Source of the DNA: Adineta vaga
Taxonomy: Eukaryota > Animalia > Rotifera
Length of the DNA stretch: 64,000 nt
Assembly: GCA_021613535.1 (NCBI GenBank)
Contig: CP075494.1
Span: 10,354,001 to 10,418,000, forward strand
Reading direction: 5' to 3'
Below are positions 35,488 to 48,510 of this stretch, one piece after another. Positions within the stretch are counted from its first letter, which is position 1. Each line of letters begins with the position of its first letter. The translations under genes were made by a program, and so were the position numbers. The notes under the pieces are model-generated. The model did not search any database, was not told the DNA's origin, and saw nothing but the letters and a program-made list of their open reading frames with translations.

Positions 35488-37304
35488 TTAAGTTTTTGAA
35501 CTAAGGGGTGGTTTCCGTGTGATGGTTTGTAGTAGTTGCAGATCTTGTTTTTCATGTGATATTCGATTTGTTGTGCGAAATGCTGGTCGATCTTGAAGTT
35601 TACCATCATCTGTTCGAGCAAAAAATGTTCGTGAAACCATTGGATCTCTAAAAAATAAACAATATAGAATGAAAGAGTATAATACTAAAACATCGAATAT
35701 CGGCAATTACTTTTTCAAAAATTCAACGGAATTTCGTGTTTCACACGTGCGAGGATCATTTGGACCATAAACGAATTCTTGCAAATCAAGACACTGTAAC
35801 AAAAGAACCGTTAACTCTTTCCGTAATTAGAGAGAAAATCTATTCCTACAGCTTTTAAATGTTCCGCAGCATTGAGACATTCGCCTTCTCGTAAATAAAT
35901 TGCACCAATACGTGATTCAGTTTGAATCACTTCGTCAGAAAATTCACCAAATAATCGAATTTTATCTACTAAAGTCTCACAAAGAACATTCAATGCATCC
36001 TAAATGAACAGTATCAACAAAACTTTTGTTAGAGAAATTTATTCGAAAACAAACCTGATATTTTCCTATCTTCGTATAAAAAATCGCTAATTCATCGATA
36101 ACTTTCAAAGTATTTTTATTCATTTCATTATTTGGTTGTTTATATAATTCAAGCGCGCGTTGAAAATCTTTCTCAAGTACATCTAGAAAATATATAATTC
36201 ATAAAGAAAAATACGATCTTTTCTCTTGTATTTACCTGTGAACTGATCTGTTCGTACTTTGACAATTGTTCGTTCTAAAATTATCTTAGCTAGTTGATGT
36301 TTATGTAAGATTGAAGGTGTCGTTTTCTCTTGTTGTTCAGCTAGTTCAATTGCTTTGTGAAAATATCGTAAACCATCAGAAATTTTCTCTCGAAAATTAC
36401 TAAAATATGAACCAGAACGTAAATATAAATCCATTCTTCGTTGAATTTGTTCATGAAAATAAAATTTATGAATATATTCTGCTAATTGAAAGATTATATT
36501 TTCTATTTTATTTTCATATTCTTTAGTATTGTTCGTAATTATATCAAATTTTAAGACTAAATATTTCATATTAATTTGATCATAATCATTGATATTCAAT
36601 AATTCCTTTAATTTTTCTAAATACTTTTCAATTAATTTCATATCATGTTCAATATGTGTTTTATCAATCGATAGAATATGCTTATTTTTTGTTAATTTAC
36701 CATCACGTTTAGCATAGAATGAACATTTAAGTAGAAGAATGTAAATATCATAAGCAAGAAGATTAGTAATGAGATTTTCATCGCTTGATTTGATTTTTAA
36801 TTGTTCAAGAATTTGACGAGCATTTAATGCATGCGTTTTTGCTTGAAGTAAAAAGGATTTTTTTCGATTGAAATAAAATTCACTGAGACTTATATAAGCA
36901 CGAGCATTTTCAATTGAATTATCTCCATATTCAAGACTTTTATAGACTTGCATAAGAACAAGTTGATTAAGATATTCTTCGGACTAAATAAAAGAGAATA
37001 GAAATAGACAAAGAAATATATATATATATATGTATATACTTTGGATTCATTTGAAGATTCGAGAATATCTTTTTCTAAATCTTCAATTTTTTGTTTGGGT
37101 GTACGTAAATCAACACCTGAATAGATTTTATTATTATTTTTATGAACGATCAAATTCGAAGTAATATCATCTGTAGTTAAACTTGAACGACGTGAACTCT
37201 GTCGACGTTGACGACTCGCACTCAATGAACGTATTTTTACTCTATGAAATACAGAAACTGTACAGTTTAGAGAACTTTGAAAATATCGCTTACTTTTCCG
37301 TCAT
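35488..37304 (-). CDS. TTC23: TTC23/TTC23L-like tetratricopeptide repeat protein, multi-exon
   Basis: 'LEYGDNSIENARAYISLSEFY...LLQAKTHALNARQIL' resembles the TTC23 N-terminal TPR; C-terminal TPRs 'FGEFSDEVIQTESRIGAIYL..G...AAEHLK|CLDLQEFVYGPNDPRT'. Confidence 0.7.
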
Positions 37305-37522
37305 ATCTTCAAATGAACTGTCAATCTACAACCATGATGATTAGAAAACAGAAGAGTTTAGTTGCTATGCATTCCTCTTTCGATAGAGGCCACTGTTAAC
37401 TCGATAGATGTGCATCTCTTTTGAAAACAAGTTATGGAAATTTTCTACTAGTTTTATTTTCTTTTTCATTTATTTTATTTCATTAAAATTCAAAATAAAT
37501 CCAATGTATAGTTCTTTCGATT

Positions 37523-37902
37523 TTAACGTCGTCGGCCTACGATTCCATGAGCATAGAGAGCCTTCTGAAGTTCGATTGGAATAGTACGTTTCTTATAGAA
37601 TGGAAAATGACCATATGTGAAACCAAAATCACTCATTGCTGAACGATCAGGACGATTGTTGTTAATTTTGGAGAAAAGATCAGCATCCAGTGCTAGAGTT
37701 TGTTTGATAATACCACTATTATCAATATGATCTTCATCATTTCTTGAACTATCAATATTTCTTGCCGATACAATGACAATCAGTAAAAATAAGAAGGCAA
37801 TAAGGCGAAAACATGATGGAGAAACGGAGAAATCGAGCTAGAATTATCAATTAAACAGCATTAGGTCCAAATCATTTCTTGTAGAGAACTTACCTTGCTC
37901 AT
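37523..37902 (-). CDS. Neuropeptide precursor B (predicted TIPIELQKALYAHGIV-amide); absent from the ORF track
   Basis: MSK|LDFSVSPSCFRLIAFLFLLIVIVSA-RNIDSSRNDEDHID...GFTYGHFPFYKKRTIPIELQKALYAHGIVGRRR*. Same 9-nt first exon and phase-0 intron as precursor A. Confidence 0.88.
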
Positions 37903-38454
37903 CTTAAAAATAAAATAGGAGAATTTTTATGTTGTTGTTCTTCGAAATGTAAATAGAACGAACGACTATTCTACGTATATATAGATCTATATGAGAAAGA
38001 AGGATCATTTTTCTCGTCGAATTTCAGAAGCATAATATACGCTTTTTCTCAAATGATAAATTCATATGATACCTTTTCAGATGGGATATCTACTACTACA
38101 TGAGATTTCTCATTAAAATCTACTATGATCAATGACGTTAATCAAATGAGAATGAATGTATCAAATGAAATAATTAATATAAATACTATCTTATCCGTTT
38201 TTGTTCGCCTACTATACGTATTTGATTTAGTATAGACATTAATTAAGAATTTGGTCATGATAAAAAAGAAAGTTCGTGTAGTCTAGGTCTTTATAATCCA
38301 ATATATTCTCTAATAAACATATCTAGTCGGTATAATAAAGTAACATCTGACGAAATTTCATTTTCTTGTCTGAGTCAAAGTTTACTTTTTGATAACAATG
38401 AAAAAAACGAAAAAGAAAATTTCATTTTTATAATCTTTTTAATCAGCAACAGTC

Positions 38455-40059
38455 ATGTTGCTTTTTTCTCTATTCATTGTCGTTTTACTTGCACAAATTC
38501 CTTTCATTCAATCACATTGTCAAAAAACACCTCTCTGTCATTATAATAGCAATTTAATGACAATAACATGTAATCGTGCATTTGCTGAACACAATATAAC
38601 AGTTCTCTTTCCTGATGTATCATGTTTTCCACCGGTAAATACATATTTATTTCTAAATTTTCAACAAATTCAATGGCATACATTCGAAAATATTACTTTT
38701 CCGGAAAATGATATCTTTAAGATCAAATTAATTAATATATCAATAATTGAAACTGAAGCATTCTCTGGTTCGATTCATATCCCGGATAGTTCTCGTTTAA
38801 CGATTGAAATTGGAGATTCACAAACGACATCAGATATTATTATCCAACCAGATGCATTCAATCGAATTAAAATCGAACATTTATATTTTCGAAATCTAAA
38901 TAGTTTCAATGGACAGTCAATCTTTGATGCGAATTCATTTGGTAATGATCTTGATGTCAATGTTCTTCTATTCGATCAATGTAATCTAACTGGATTTTCA
39001 AATCTTCTACATAAAACTGCTAATATTAATCATCTTTCTATTCGAAATTCGCCATCATTTGTGCAAATAGCCGATCTAAATTTATCATCCCTGTTAACAA
39101 CATCCAAATCATTGGAAATATCGAATACCGGTCTTCAAATGATCAATGCACACACATTTCCAGCTTGGTCACTTATTTTACAAGAATTAATTCTAACAAA
39201 TAACTCCAACTTCGAAATCTTTCCGTCAACATTTGTCGATGGTGTTTTAATGAAATTGAATAAACTTGATTTAAGTTATAATTCAATACATACGATTGAT
39301 ATTAATTACAATTGGTTTGCATATAGTTATGCGAAAGAATTATTATTACGAAATCAACAACTTGATCTATTTTTGAAATCAAATATTCTGAAAACATTAC
39401 CATTTTTGCAAAAAATCGATTTTTCCGGAGGATTTATTGGTGAAAATAAGGATGATTTGATTAGAAATCATTTTTTTTATACGACAAATTTAACTTCCAT
39501 TGATATATCTTATACAAATTTAACTGAACCAATGATTATTGATTTACTAACACATATAAGTCAAACAGCAAATCGATTAGTTGATATCTATTTAGCTGGT
39601 CATCAATTAACCGATGAAAATTTTTGTTCTTATTTTACTATCTATAAAAATGCACCGAAATTACTCAATCTTCTCTTAGATGAATCACATAAATGTAATT
39701 GTATTATTGAACTATTCTATCGAGATACTGTACCAGATACTCGAATTAATAATTCCATATTACATCCATCATGTTTACTTGATGCTTCTCGACAACGTTG
39801 TGATATTCAAGCGCAATTGGCTTTATCAAAATGTTCTCTTGGTGGACAAAATCCGGAACCAAGTCACGACGATAATAATAATATTGGAGATTATGCATTT
39901 GGTGCTATAGTTGCTGGAGTAGTAGTCGTTCTCTTGGTCATGCTATCACTTGGATATGGTGTGTATCAACGACGTCGCCGTGGTACTGAACTCACGATGG
40001 ATCAACCTGTGGAAAATCCTCTTGCAGCAATTATTGAAGAACGTTTAGAAAACGTTTAA
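38455..40059 (+). CDS. Type I membrane protein with extracellular LRRs, intronless
   Basis: Signal peptide, Cys-rich LRRNT, LRRs ('LQELILTNN', 'LNKLDLSYNSI'), LRRCT-like 'HKCNCII', TM 'AFGAIVAGVVVVLLVMLSLGYGVY' + QRRRR, and a short tail. Confidence 0.88.
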   Translation: MLLFSLFIVVLLAQIPFIQSHCQKTPLCHYNSNLMTITCNRAFAEHNITVLFPDVSCFPPVNTYLFLNFQQIQWHTFENITFPENDIFKIKLINISIIETEAFSGSIHIPDSSRLTIEIGDSQTTSDIIIQPDAFNRIKIEHLYFRNLNSFNGQSIFDANSFGNDLDVNVLLFDQCNLTGFSNLLHKTANINHLSIRNSPSFVQIADLNLSSLLTTSKSLEISNTGLQMINAHTFPAWSLILQELILTNNSNFEIFPSTFVDGVLMKLNKLDLSYNSIHTIDINYNWFAYSYAKELLLRNQQLDLFLKSNILKTLPFLQKIDFSGGFIGENKDDLIRNHFFYTTNLTSIDISYTNLTEPMIIDLLTHISQTANRLVDIYLAGHQLTDENFCSYFTIYKNAPKLLNLLLDESHKCNCIIELFYRDTVPDTRINNSILHPSCLLDASRQRCDIQAQLALSKCSLGGQNPEPSHDDNNNIGDYAFGAIVAGVVVVLLVMLSLGYGVYQRRRRGTELTMDQPVENPLAAIIEERLENV

Positions 40060-40520
40060 ATTTCTTTTATTTTTGTATAACATTGATTCAAATGTAATTT
40101 CGAGAGATGGTCTTTTTTTTACGTATGAACGTATTTTTATGAGTAATAAAAGATGGCGCTCTTTTCCAGTTGAAACTATTGGAGAAAATAATTGATTTAC
40201 TGTTCAATTAGAGATGAACATGAACATTGTTCAATCAAAGAGAACTGAACGGTTTATTTGGTCAACGATTATGACAATTATAGAAGAATAGGACAACATA
40301 AATGTATTGTTCATGATATTGACTAAAGGATATCAATTATTCTCATCTTGGTTTTGATCATCATAAACATAAAGGTTAGTGTGTACGATTGAAACTCAAG
40401 TTAATATTTGTTGACTTGTAGTCTATGATGAGAAAATGCATGTCTTTGTTTTTTTGATAGCGTTGAAGATCGGATGGAAATGAAGAGAAACCGAAAGCGA
40501 GAGAGAAAAAAAGAATATGA

Positions 40521-41867
40521 TTGACATTTGTTTTTGTTTGTTCTATTTTTAACGATCAAAATCTTGTCAGAATAGCAAACATCAAAACTCAAGATCTCGT
40601 TAACGTCAAGAGTATGTTTTCTTCTCGTAGGTTAGCATTATATGGTGGACATGAAGATGAAGTCAATTGTTTGATATTTTCATGTGATTTCGAAATTCTT
40701 CTTACAGGATCAATACAAGGATGTATTCGAATATGGAATACAGTTCATGATCGTTTAACATTTAAAATTGAAGAAAGAAAAGGTCGTATTCGCGCTATAA
40801 CAATTTCAAATGATGACAAGTACTTTGTAACAAGTGCAAATGATGTCAATATTCGTTTGTATGAAACACGAAGTGGAAATTTGTTGTTTCTCTTGAAAGG
40901 TCATCGATATCCATCGGATTGTGTACATTTTTCATCGAATAATCAGTTAATTGCAAGTGGTTCATGGGATTGTCGAACAATACTATGGAATGTGATAGTA
41001 AAAACCAAATCAATTAAAATGAAAGTGTACTATTTGGTTTTTTTTTCTTCTATAGACAGGAGAACAAGTGTACAATTTTGATGATCATAGCAATGCAGTG
41101 CAATCAATTGCTTTTCATCCAGATAGAAATATAATGGTAAGACAATATTTCTGTATATCTTGATTTGAAAGTTCATTTCTTTTTTTTCCTATAGATAACT
41201 GGTTCTCATGATCATCATATCTTTCTATATGATTTGGAGAATTTCTCATCATTAACACCTGTTAAACTACAAGGTCACTCGAATAATGTTCAAGCATTAG
41301 CTTTTTCTCATCTACCATATTTTGTATGTAAATTCAATCTTCGAAAATTCCTATCTAAAGTTCATATCGTATTCCTAGGCATCAGCTGGATGGGATAGAT
41401 CCATTATTATTTGGCATCTTGAAACTTATCGTATGCATTCTCGTCTATTTGATCATAAAGGATGGATTCAAGCCATTACTTTTCGTGATGATCATGGTTC
41501 GATATTAGCTAGTATTGATGATGATACAGTTCGTATCTGGAATATCCTTACAAGTGTTTGTTTACATCGATTAAAAGTAATTCTCTTTAGTTATTTTTAT
41601 TAATTTCTTATAAAACAGAAATATTTCATTCAGATTCTTAATGATCTATCATGTTTCGTTCGATTTCTACCAAATAATCGTGGTATTGTTATTGGTGGTA
41701 CTATTTATGAAGTTCTTTTCGATCAACAAGTATCTTCTCGCACACGTTTAATTACAAAACGTGTTCGTGAACCATTTACTGGTATAACTAAACTAACATC
41801 ATCATCACCAATCAACACATATATAAAACTTCCAAAACTTGAGTTTAAAAAAACTTTTAAGAAATAA
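40521..41867 (+). CDS. WD40-repeat protein, multi-exon; 5' end uncertain
   Basis: 'GHEDEVNCLIFS..LLTGS..IRIWN', 'LKGHRYPSDCVHFS..IASGSWDCRTILWN', 'GHSNNVQALAFS', 'ASAGWDRSIIIWH'; stop at 41865-41867. Confidence 0.85.
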
Positions 41868-42068
41868 ATTCTGTCATCTACTGATAAGTGTTCTCTGTTA
41901 TAAAGAAAAAAAAGACAAAAAATTTTATACTTTCGTCTTTTTTCTTTGTCTTTTCATAGCTATATAAATATTTACTGATAAAAATGAAAGAGACTCTCAT
42001 ACTTTTTTACTGTTGCGATTGTAAATTTTTTTATGCATTCATTCTAGATATTCTATCGATTTAAATGA

Positions 42069-43344
42069 ATGAATCGATGTTTGATATACACTCGTTTTTT
42101 TCGATCAACAAGAATTATTTCCATATGCAAACGATGTTTAACATTCATACTTCTTTTCTGTGTACTTATCTATAGTGTTCTTAAAATTAAATTAACGATC
42201 GATTATCATGATGCACATATCTTTTATCAAACTCAACAATCTACCTGTAAGAAATCTATCAATCAAAGTGAAGAAAAGCCGAAATTAATTCTTTTTTGGA
42301 CCAAAGTATTTACAAAATCAATCGATGAACATCATCTGAATAATTATCTATTTAAATTACCAGGACGTTGCGGTACAAATCGATGTTTAGTAACAAATAA
42401 TCGACAAGATTTATGTAGAAGTGATGCAGTTATATTTCATGCCCGAGGTCCTATTCATATGTATGATATGCCTAAATTACGTTCATCTCATCAAAGATAT
42501 GTTTTATTGACAAAAGAACCACCTTATAAAACAACAGCGATCGTTGGACATTTGAATTACTTTTTCAATTGGACAGCAACAGTAAGAGAATTTGTTATTG
42601 TATGTTTAATTCTTCAAATATCTGTTTTAGTATCGTGTTGATTCGGATATAAATTATCGATATTTTCAATGGCATCGAAAGATTCACTTAGATCTGGAAG
42701 TAACAGAACAAAACTATTTACGCAATCGTTCAGCTCGTGCAGCATCAATGATTAGTAATTGTTATTCTCAAAGTAATCGCGAAGAATATCTTCAACGTTT
42801 AGAATCCGTCATACCAATAACTCGAATAGGTTTTTGTTCGAGAAATAAATGTCGTCAAACACGAGATAGTTGTTTACATCAATTAGCCGATACACATCCG
42901 TTTTTTCTTGCTTTTGAAAATTCTTTATGTCGAGATTATGTAACAGAAAAATATGCTAATGTGATAATGACTAGTCAAATGATACCTGTGGTCTTTTCTC
43001 AAACTCCAAATCTTTACATTCCTGGTTCATTTATTGATGCAAATCAATTTACTTCTCCCGAAGAATTAGGTCGATTTCTTGTATATCTTGTTACGAATCA
43101 AACAGCCTATGATAGTTATTTCAAATGGAAAGATCAATATGAACTATTAATACCTGATGAAAACGATTATTTATGTGAATTATGTCGAAAATTGAATGAT
43201 CCAAATGAACCCCATAAAGTATACGATAGTATGAAGCAATGGCTTTATATGTCTGCCACTTGTCAACGATGGATATCAAAATTAAATGAAACAATCGATA
43301 TAGCCGTTGATGAAACAATGGATTATGAAGAACCTTGGTTTTAG
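42069..43344 (+). CDS. Alpha-1,3-fucosyltransferase (GT10), 2 exons
   Basis: Type II TM, 'ILFWT', 'SDAVIFH', 'FFNWTAT|YRVDSD', 'MISNC' and the alpha1,3-FucT motif 'FFLAFENSLCRDYVTEKY'. Confidence 0.93.
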
Positions 43345-43936
43345 ATTCTTATCATTCCAATTTGTGACATTTTATTGTATTATATCGTTTTTATATGCAG
43401 ATATGTCAAATCTATTTGTTTTTAAATTATCAAATCTTTTAAAAAAATGTATTACAAGAGATTTTTCAATATGATCTCTAAGATAATGTTATAAAATCGT
43501 TTCGGCTATAATTATTCCATTAGTTAATCATAATTTATCCATCTATATGATGTTAAAAGGGAATATTCAGACACCTTTTGCAACTGAATAATTTGCACTC
43601 ATTCGATAATAAGAAAAGTGATATATTATTAAGTACTTAAATTTGATATTGTATAAATATGATGAAAACGGATATAAGATATTGGTCCATCAGTTTTTAA
43701 CAATAGGAAATTAATTACAATAATGTAAATGGACGATGCGGATATTTTTAAAAGAAAGTTAATAGAACTTGTACAGACTGAAACAGCTCCACAAGACGCA
43801 GACCTTTTGCTATATCCGTACTCTTCTGCCGAACTATAGATGCGAGATTTTGATTCGATAGTGTTGATTTACTAAGCTCACACTATCATAATCTTTATAT
43901 ATATATGTTGTTTTTCAAAAATCCTAAAATTTCAAT

Positions 43937-44640
43937 ATGTCGATGACAACATTATTAGCTATTTAAAAAGGTATAATCCGTTTCGGCTTATCAATAATGC
44001 TAATATTAGAAAACGTTGGAAACTTCGTTACAATTATCATATTGGTCAAAGCATTGAAAAAACAATTGAATTCGTGTTCAATATTTCTATGTAAAATACT
44101 ATGATATGATCTACATGTTTTTTAATGTTATCATGTAGTTTTAGTAAGTCTTCTAGTTTTTTTTTGTGAAGAAAAACAGTGAAATAAAATGTTTTCTTTT
44201 CGACGTGGTTTTGGCAATCTGTTTTCAAAAAGTAATCGTTCGTTCTATCTCACGTCCATACGTAGCAATTCATGTCATAGTTGGTATTCGTACATTGCAT
44301 AATTTGCGATCTAGTCGATTACGTATTGCTCTAATCGAGCTTACATCTAAAACAGTTCGAATTTTAATTTACTGTTTAACGACCATTCTATATGCTGTAA
44401 ATATGTCCTATGGTGTAATGACCAAATCAATTATTGATAGAAGTACGATGGGATTAGCAGTTGAATCATTGTATAGTTACATTATTAGTCCTCTGCTAAC
44501 GTTTACTTACTGTTGTATACAATTCTATGGTGAGATATTTATTACGATGTTACTCTTTGTTCTAATTGAAATTGTATTTTTATAGTTTACATGATATTCT
44601 TGTGAAAATTTCGACAGATTAATTCATGAAAGATTTTCAC
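43937..44640 (+). pseudogene. Degenerate GPCR pseudogene, tandem copy of the 44996-46071 gene
   Basis: MSMTTLLAI*KGIIRFGLSIMLILENVGNFVTIIIL...NSCSIFL has TAA at 43964-43966 and aligns with MSTTTLFSIQQNIGRYGLSILFISGNIGNLFTVLIL..NSCSLYL. 'LAVESLYSYIISPLLTFTYCCIQFY' matches 'LAIESLIGYIISPFLNFMYCCAQFY'. Internal segments are missing; 3' end approximate. Confidence 0.8.
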
Positions 44641-44995
44641 TACTTTATATTAGATATGCAAATTAGTTTTATTCACTATGGCATTCTAATTTTTCACTCA
44701 AGATGAAAAATATCCCTTCATCCTAACTCATATTTCACGAAACATGACACATTCATTTTTGTAAGTCATATTTTTCAAACGACAGAGTAAGTTTCTCAGG
44801 TTTTTTTTAAAATCCTGCCAAAGACAGATTAGATGTTACAAATATTCCTCGAATGTTTCTCCCAGGAAAGTTCAGACTAAAAAAGACCCTATTTTCAGTA
44901 AATTAATCTATCTAAAACAGATCTAATCGTTTCTTGCTTTATCTCAATCAATATAAAGGAATAATATACTTTTCATTTTTACTCCTTTTTCACAA

Positions 44996-46071
44996 ATGTC
45001 AACGACGACATTGTTTTCTATACAACAAAATATTGGTCGATATGGTCTATCTATCCTATTTATTAGTGGAAATATTGGTAATCTATTTACAGTACTGATT
45101 CTTGGTCGATCCACGCGACGAAGACGCAATTCATGTTCACTTTATTTACTCGCTGCTTCAATTTCAAATTGGATTGTTCTCGATACAGGTTTGATATTTA
45201 ATATTATTGGTATTGATCATACAGACCCGCAACATACATCAAATATTATTTGTAAATTAAGATGGTCAACTGTTCATGCTTTACTAATGTTATCACGCAG
45301 TTTTAGTAAGTTTATCTTTCTCTTTAATAATTCCTCTTGTACATTATTTTATTTGTAGTGATAGCAGCTTGTATCGATCGATGGGCACTATCTTCATCTA
45401 ATATTACAATTCGATCATTTTCTCGACTACGAACAGCTATTCATACTATTATCATTCTTGTCATTGTTTGGACAATTTTACCAATTCATATGATAGTCTT
45501 TTTTAATAATAATACTGGTCGATGTAGTCCTTCATCAGGTACCTATGCATTTTTCTATGCGATCTATTCATTGATAATAATTGGTATTTTACCATTGTTA
45601 CTAATGATTGTATTTAGTACGCGAGCTTGGTATAATTTACAAAGGGCTCATAATAGAGTTCTACCAGAGAATCATCAGAATCAGAATATTCATATGCGCA
45701 AACGTGATCGTGATCTATTGAAAATGTTAAGTGGTGAAGTGTTTCTTTATTGTTTAACAACTATACCTTATCCAATCAATCAGATCTATAGTGTTTCAAC
45801 AAGTTCCATGATAGAATATAAAGATCCAATACGTCTCGCGATTGAATCATTAATTGGATATATTATTAGTCCTTTCTTAAATTTTATGTATTGTTGTGCA
45901 CAATTTTATAGTAAGATAGAAATCATCTCTTATGATTTATTCAGTTTTGTTGTTTTAGTCTATATGATATGTTCACATAAATTTCGAAAAGAGTTTCGTG
46001 GTTTATTTCGTCGGCCAACAATCAATAGAGATCATACTATGCCAATAACACATCATGTAGGTCATCGTTGA
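44996..46071 (+). CDS. Orphan class A GPCR (3 exons)
   Basis: TM1 'GNIGNLF', 'CSLYLLAASISN', 'ICKLR', 'AACIDRW' (DRY-like), TM5 'GILPLLLMIVF', TM6 'LTTIPY' and helix 8 'HKFRKEF'. Confidence 0.9.
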
Positions 46072-46209
46072 TATGACAACAAGATTAACTAACTATAAAT
46101 GTCTTCTTCATGATTGTATAATAATTGAACCAATAAAAATCGATGTATATACATCAAAGTTATTGTTGTTAGAGAGAGAAAAAAAAGTTCTTTTTTAAAT
46201 AGTAAAACG

Positions 46210-47244
46210 ATGAATAAATCGAATGGTAATCGCAAGGTAGGTATTGATCAATTATTTAATGAAAATTTCAATCAATTAATTTCTTTTGTTAAGGCATTAT
46301 GTGTTGTATCAAAAAACCCGAAACTTGTACAAACATTATCTCATTCCGATACAATTCAAATTACATCTGGATTCAAGTAAAACAGATCATTTATCTTATG
46401 TATTTAGTTTATTTTTTTTCTTGTATAAAAAGGGTATTCAATACACGAATTCAAGCATTTGATGATCACTCTTCTCAACCTTTAGTAACAATTAGTGATA
46501 ATGAACATTCCGAGTAAATTCTTGTCTATCTATTCATGTATCTCAAATGAGAATAGCAATGAACTGGAATCGCTATTTTCCTCTTGCATTGATCCAAATC
46601 GATTAGGAAACACTATCGAATGAAGAGTTCATTTCAAAACTTGTCCAATATCGAAATTTGACCTTTCTTATGAGATAAACAGAAAACACTTAACAATTCA
46701 TCGTGATTTTTCAAGGGTACTATTGACTGCCCAAACTCATCTTTATATGTATATTTAGATTTAGATTATATCCAATCATCATCTAAATGTCATTTCGTAA
46801 GCACATCGATAGATAGAACGACTATAACTACTAACGACTGGCAAATAATAAGAGATACTAATAAAGTATACACACTTTGGAGAAAAATATCTTCAATCAA
46901 TGTAAATATTTACATTAGAAGTACTTAAGATCATCATGGAAAGAACTGTTTTCTTCACCTCTTATTACGATCAACAAGAATTGATAGATGATAATATAGG
47001 AATAAAATAAAAGTCTTGAAAAAATTTTCCTTTTAGTAATGATGATCATTTTATGTCTCCTGTTCATAAATTAACAAAAGAAGAACTATGTGAAGAATTA
47101 CAAATCTTTACATCAAAAAATCATACTTTACTTGCTGCTGCTGATGATGATGATGATTTACAATTTCGTACAGAAGAATCATTGAAGCGTTCGATCTGTT
47201 GTTATCAATCTTTATTTTTAAACACATCTTGTATCATTTCTTAG
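46210..47244 (+). CDS. Hypothetical multi-exon gene, incompletely resolved
   Basis: The first three exons splice in frame (MNKSNGNRK|ALCVVSKNPK..|VFNTRIQAF..). Middle exons could not be joined confidently; the last ORF ends at 47244. Confidence 0.35.
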
Positions 47245-47326
47245 AAGAAAAAATAGGATTTTGTTTGATTTTACTCTCCTTTTTTAAGTCAGATGAATAG
47301 TCATTATATCTATCTATTTTTAGATT

Positions 47327-48510
47327 ATGTCTGATTCACGTAATAACAATCAATTTATTGATAAACAATACATTTCCTTTTGTTTATAGAATCTCTAATA
47401 GATATTCTCAAACGTGAACAAGGTCATTTCGATGCAGAATGTATTCTATTTATTGATTTGAATTCTCGAAGTAAGTTTTTTAGAAAACAAATCTTTCTAT
47501 CAGAAGAAAAAAAACACTCTCATTTTCAATAGATATTACTGATGCCAATAGTTTAAGTATCTGTCGAAATATAATTATTTTAAATTTAAATAATAATCAA
47601 TTAACTAATATTCGTACATTTGGGGTATTTACACAATTGAAAATTCTTTCCGTGGCTCAAAATCAACTTACGTCATTGGATGGTCTTCAAACATGTGAAA
47701 ATTTAGAAGTATTAAATGTGGCAGGAAATGATCTAACAGGGTGAGAAAAAATCCAGTAGGATTTTTACAGAAATAACCTTGAAGACGAATGATGAGTGTG
47801 ATATGATTGACACCTGTCGAGAAGTTTGAATGATAGAGATTATGTGATAAAAAGTCAATGATGACAATATATTGCTACTATGATAGACAGAAGATATTTC
47901 GATAAAAGAAGAAAAAGAAGAAGAAGAAGAAGATTATGAAGTTTATACTTCGGTCAAAACTGTATAAAAACACTTTGAGAACATCCTTGTTTACTGTTAA
48001 CATAACCTGTCAACATAATTATGCTTAATACGTTCTTTTTCTCTTTCGTATCTGTAAGATATTTATTTGTATTCATTCTTTAGACTTAAATCTCTTGCAC
48101 CATTATTACAATTGACTTATTTACGATCTTTATGCTTATTTGATCGACAAAATAATCTAACCAATCCTCTGTGTAATACTTCATCTTATCAGCAAGATGT
48201 AAAGAATAATTTACCTAATCTCGGTACTTGATATTATACTCGTATTCATGGACATGAGAAAAGAAAAAGAGTGTTTGTTCTTTTAGATATTCTCGATAAT
48301 GAATGGCTTGGTCAAGGTTTTCAAGAACGTCTTTCTTCGTTAGAATCTACTGTAAAACAATTAGAAAATCCTTATCTGAATACAAAATCAAACTCCGTTG
48401 AAAAACCGACAATAATCGTTACAAAAACTTTTAGTTCCGATGGTTCGATTCAATCTGCCAATGAAGAATATGAACAATTCTTACAATCAATTCGCATGCT
48501 TGTCAACTAA
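47327..48510 (+). CDS. LRRC61: Leucine-rich repeat-containing protein 61 homolog, multi-exon
   Basis: 'LKREQGHFDAECILFIDL', 'LDGLQTCENLEVLNVAGNDL', 'NLTNPLCNTSSY' and 'LPNL|DILDNE' match recalled LRRC61 motifs. Confidence 0.85.

Noticed and set aside
35488-37304. Functional linkage of TTC23 (a vertebrate ciliary Hedgehog-pathway regulator) with the EGF-Hog gene
   Set aside because: They are 15 kb and several unrelated genes apart; proximity in a gene-dense animal genome is not evidence of shared function.
42069-43344. Fucosyltransferase as the enzyme modifying the EGF-Hog repeats
   Set aside because: It is a GT10 alpha-1,3-FucT; EGF O-fucosylation is done by POFUT1 (GT65), and there is no linkage evidence.
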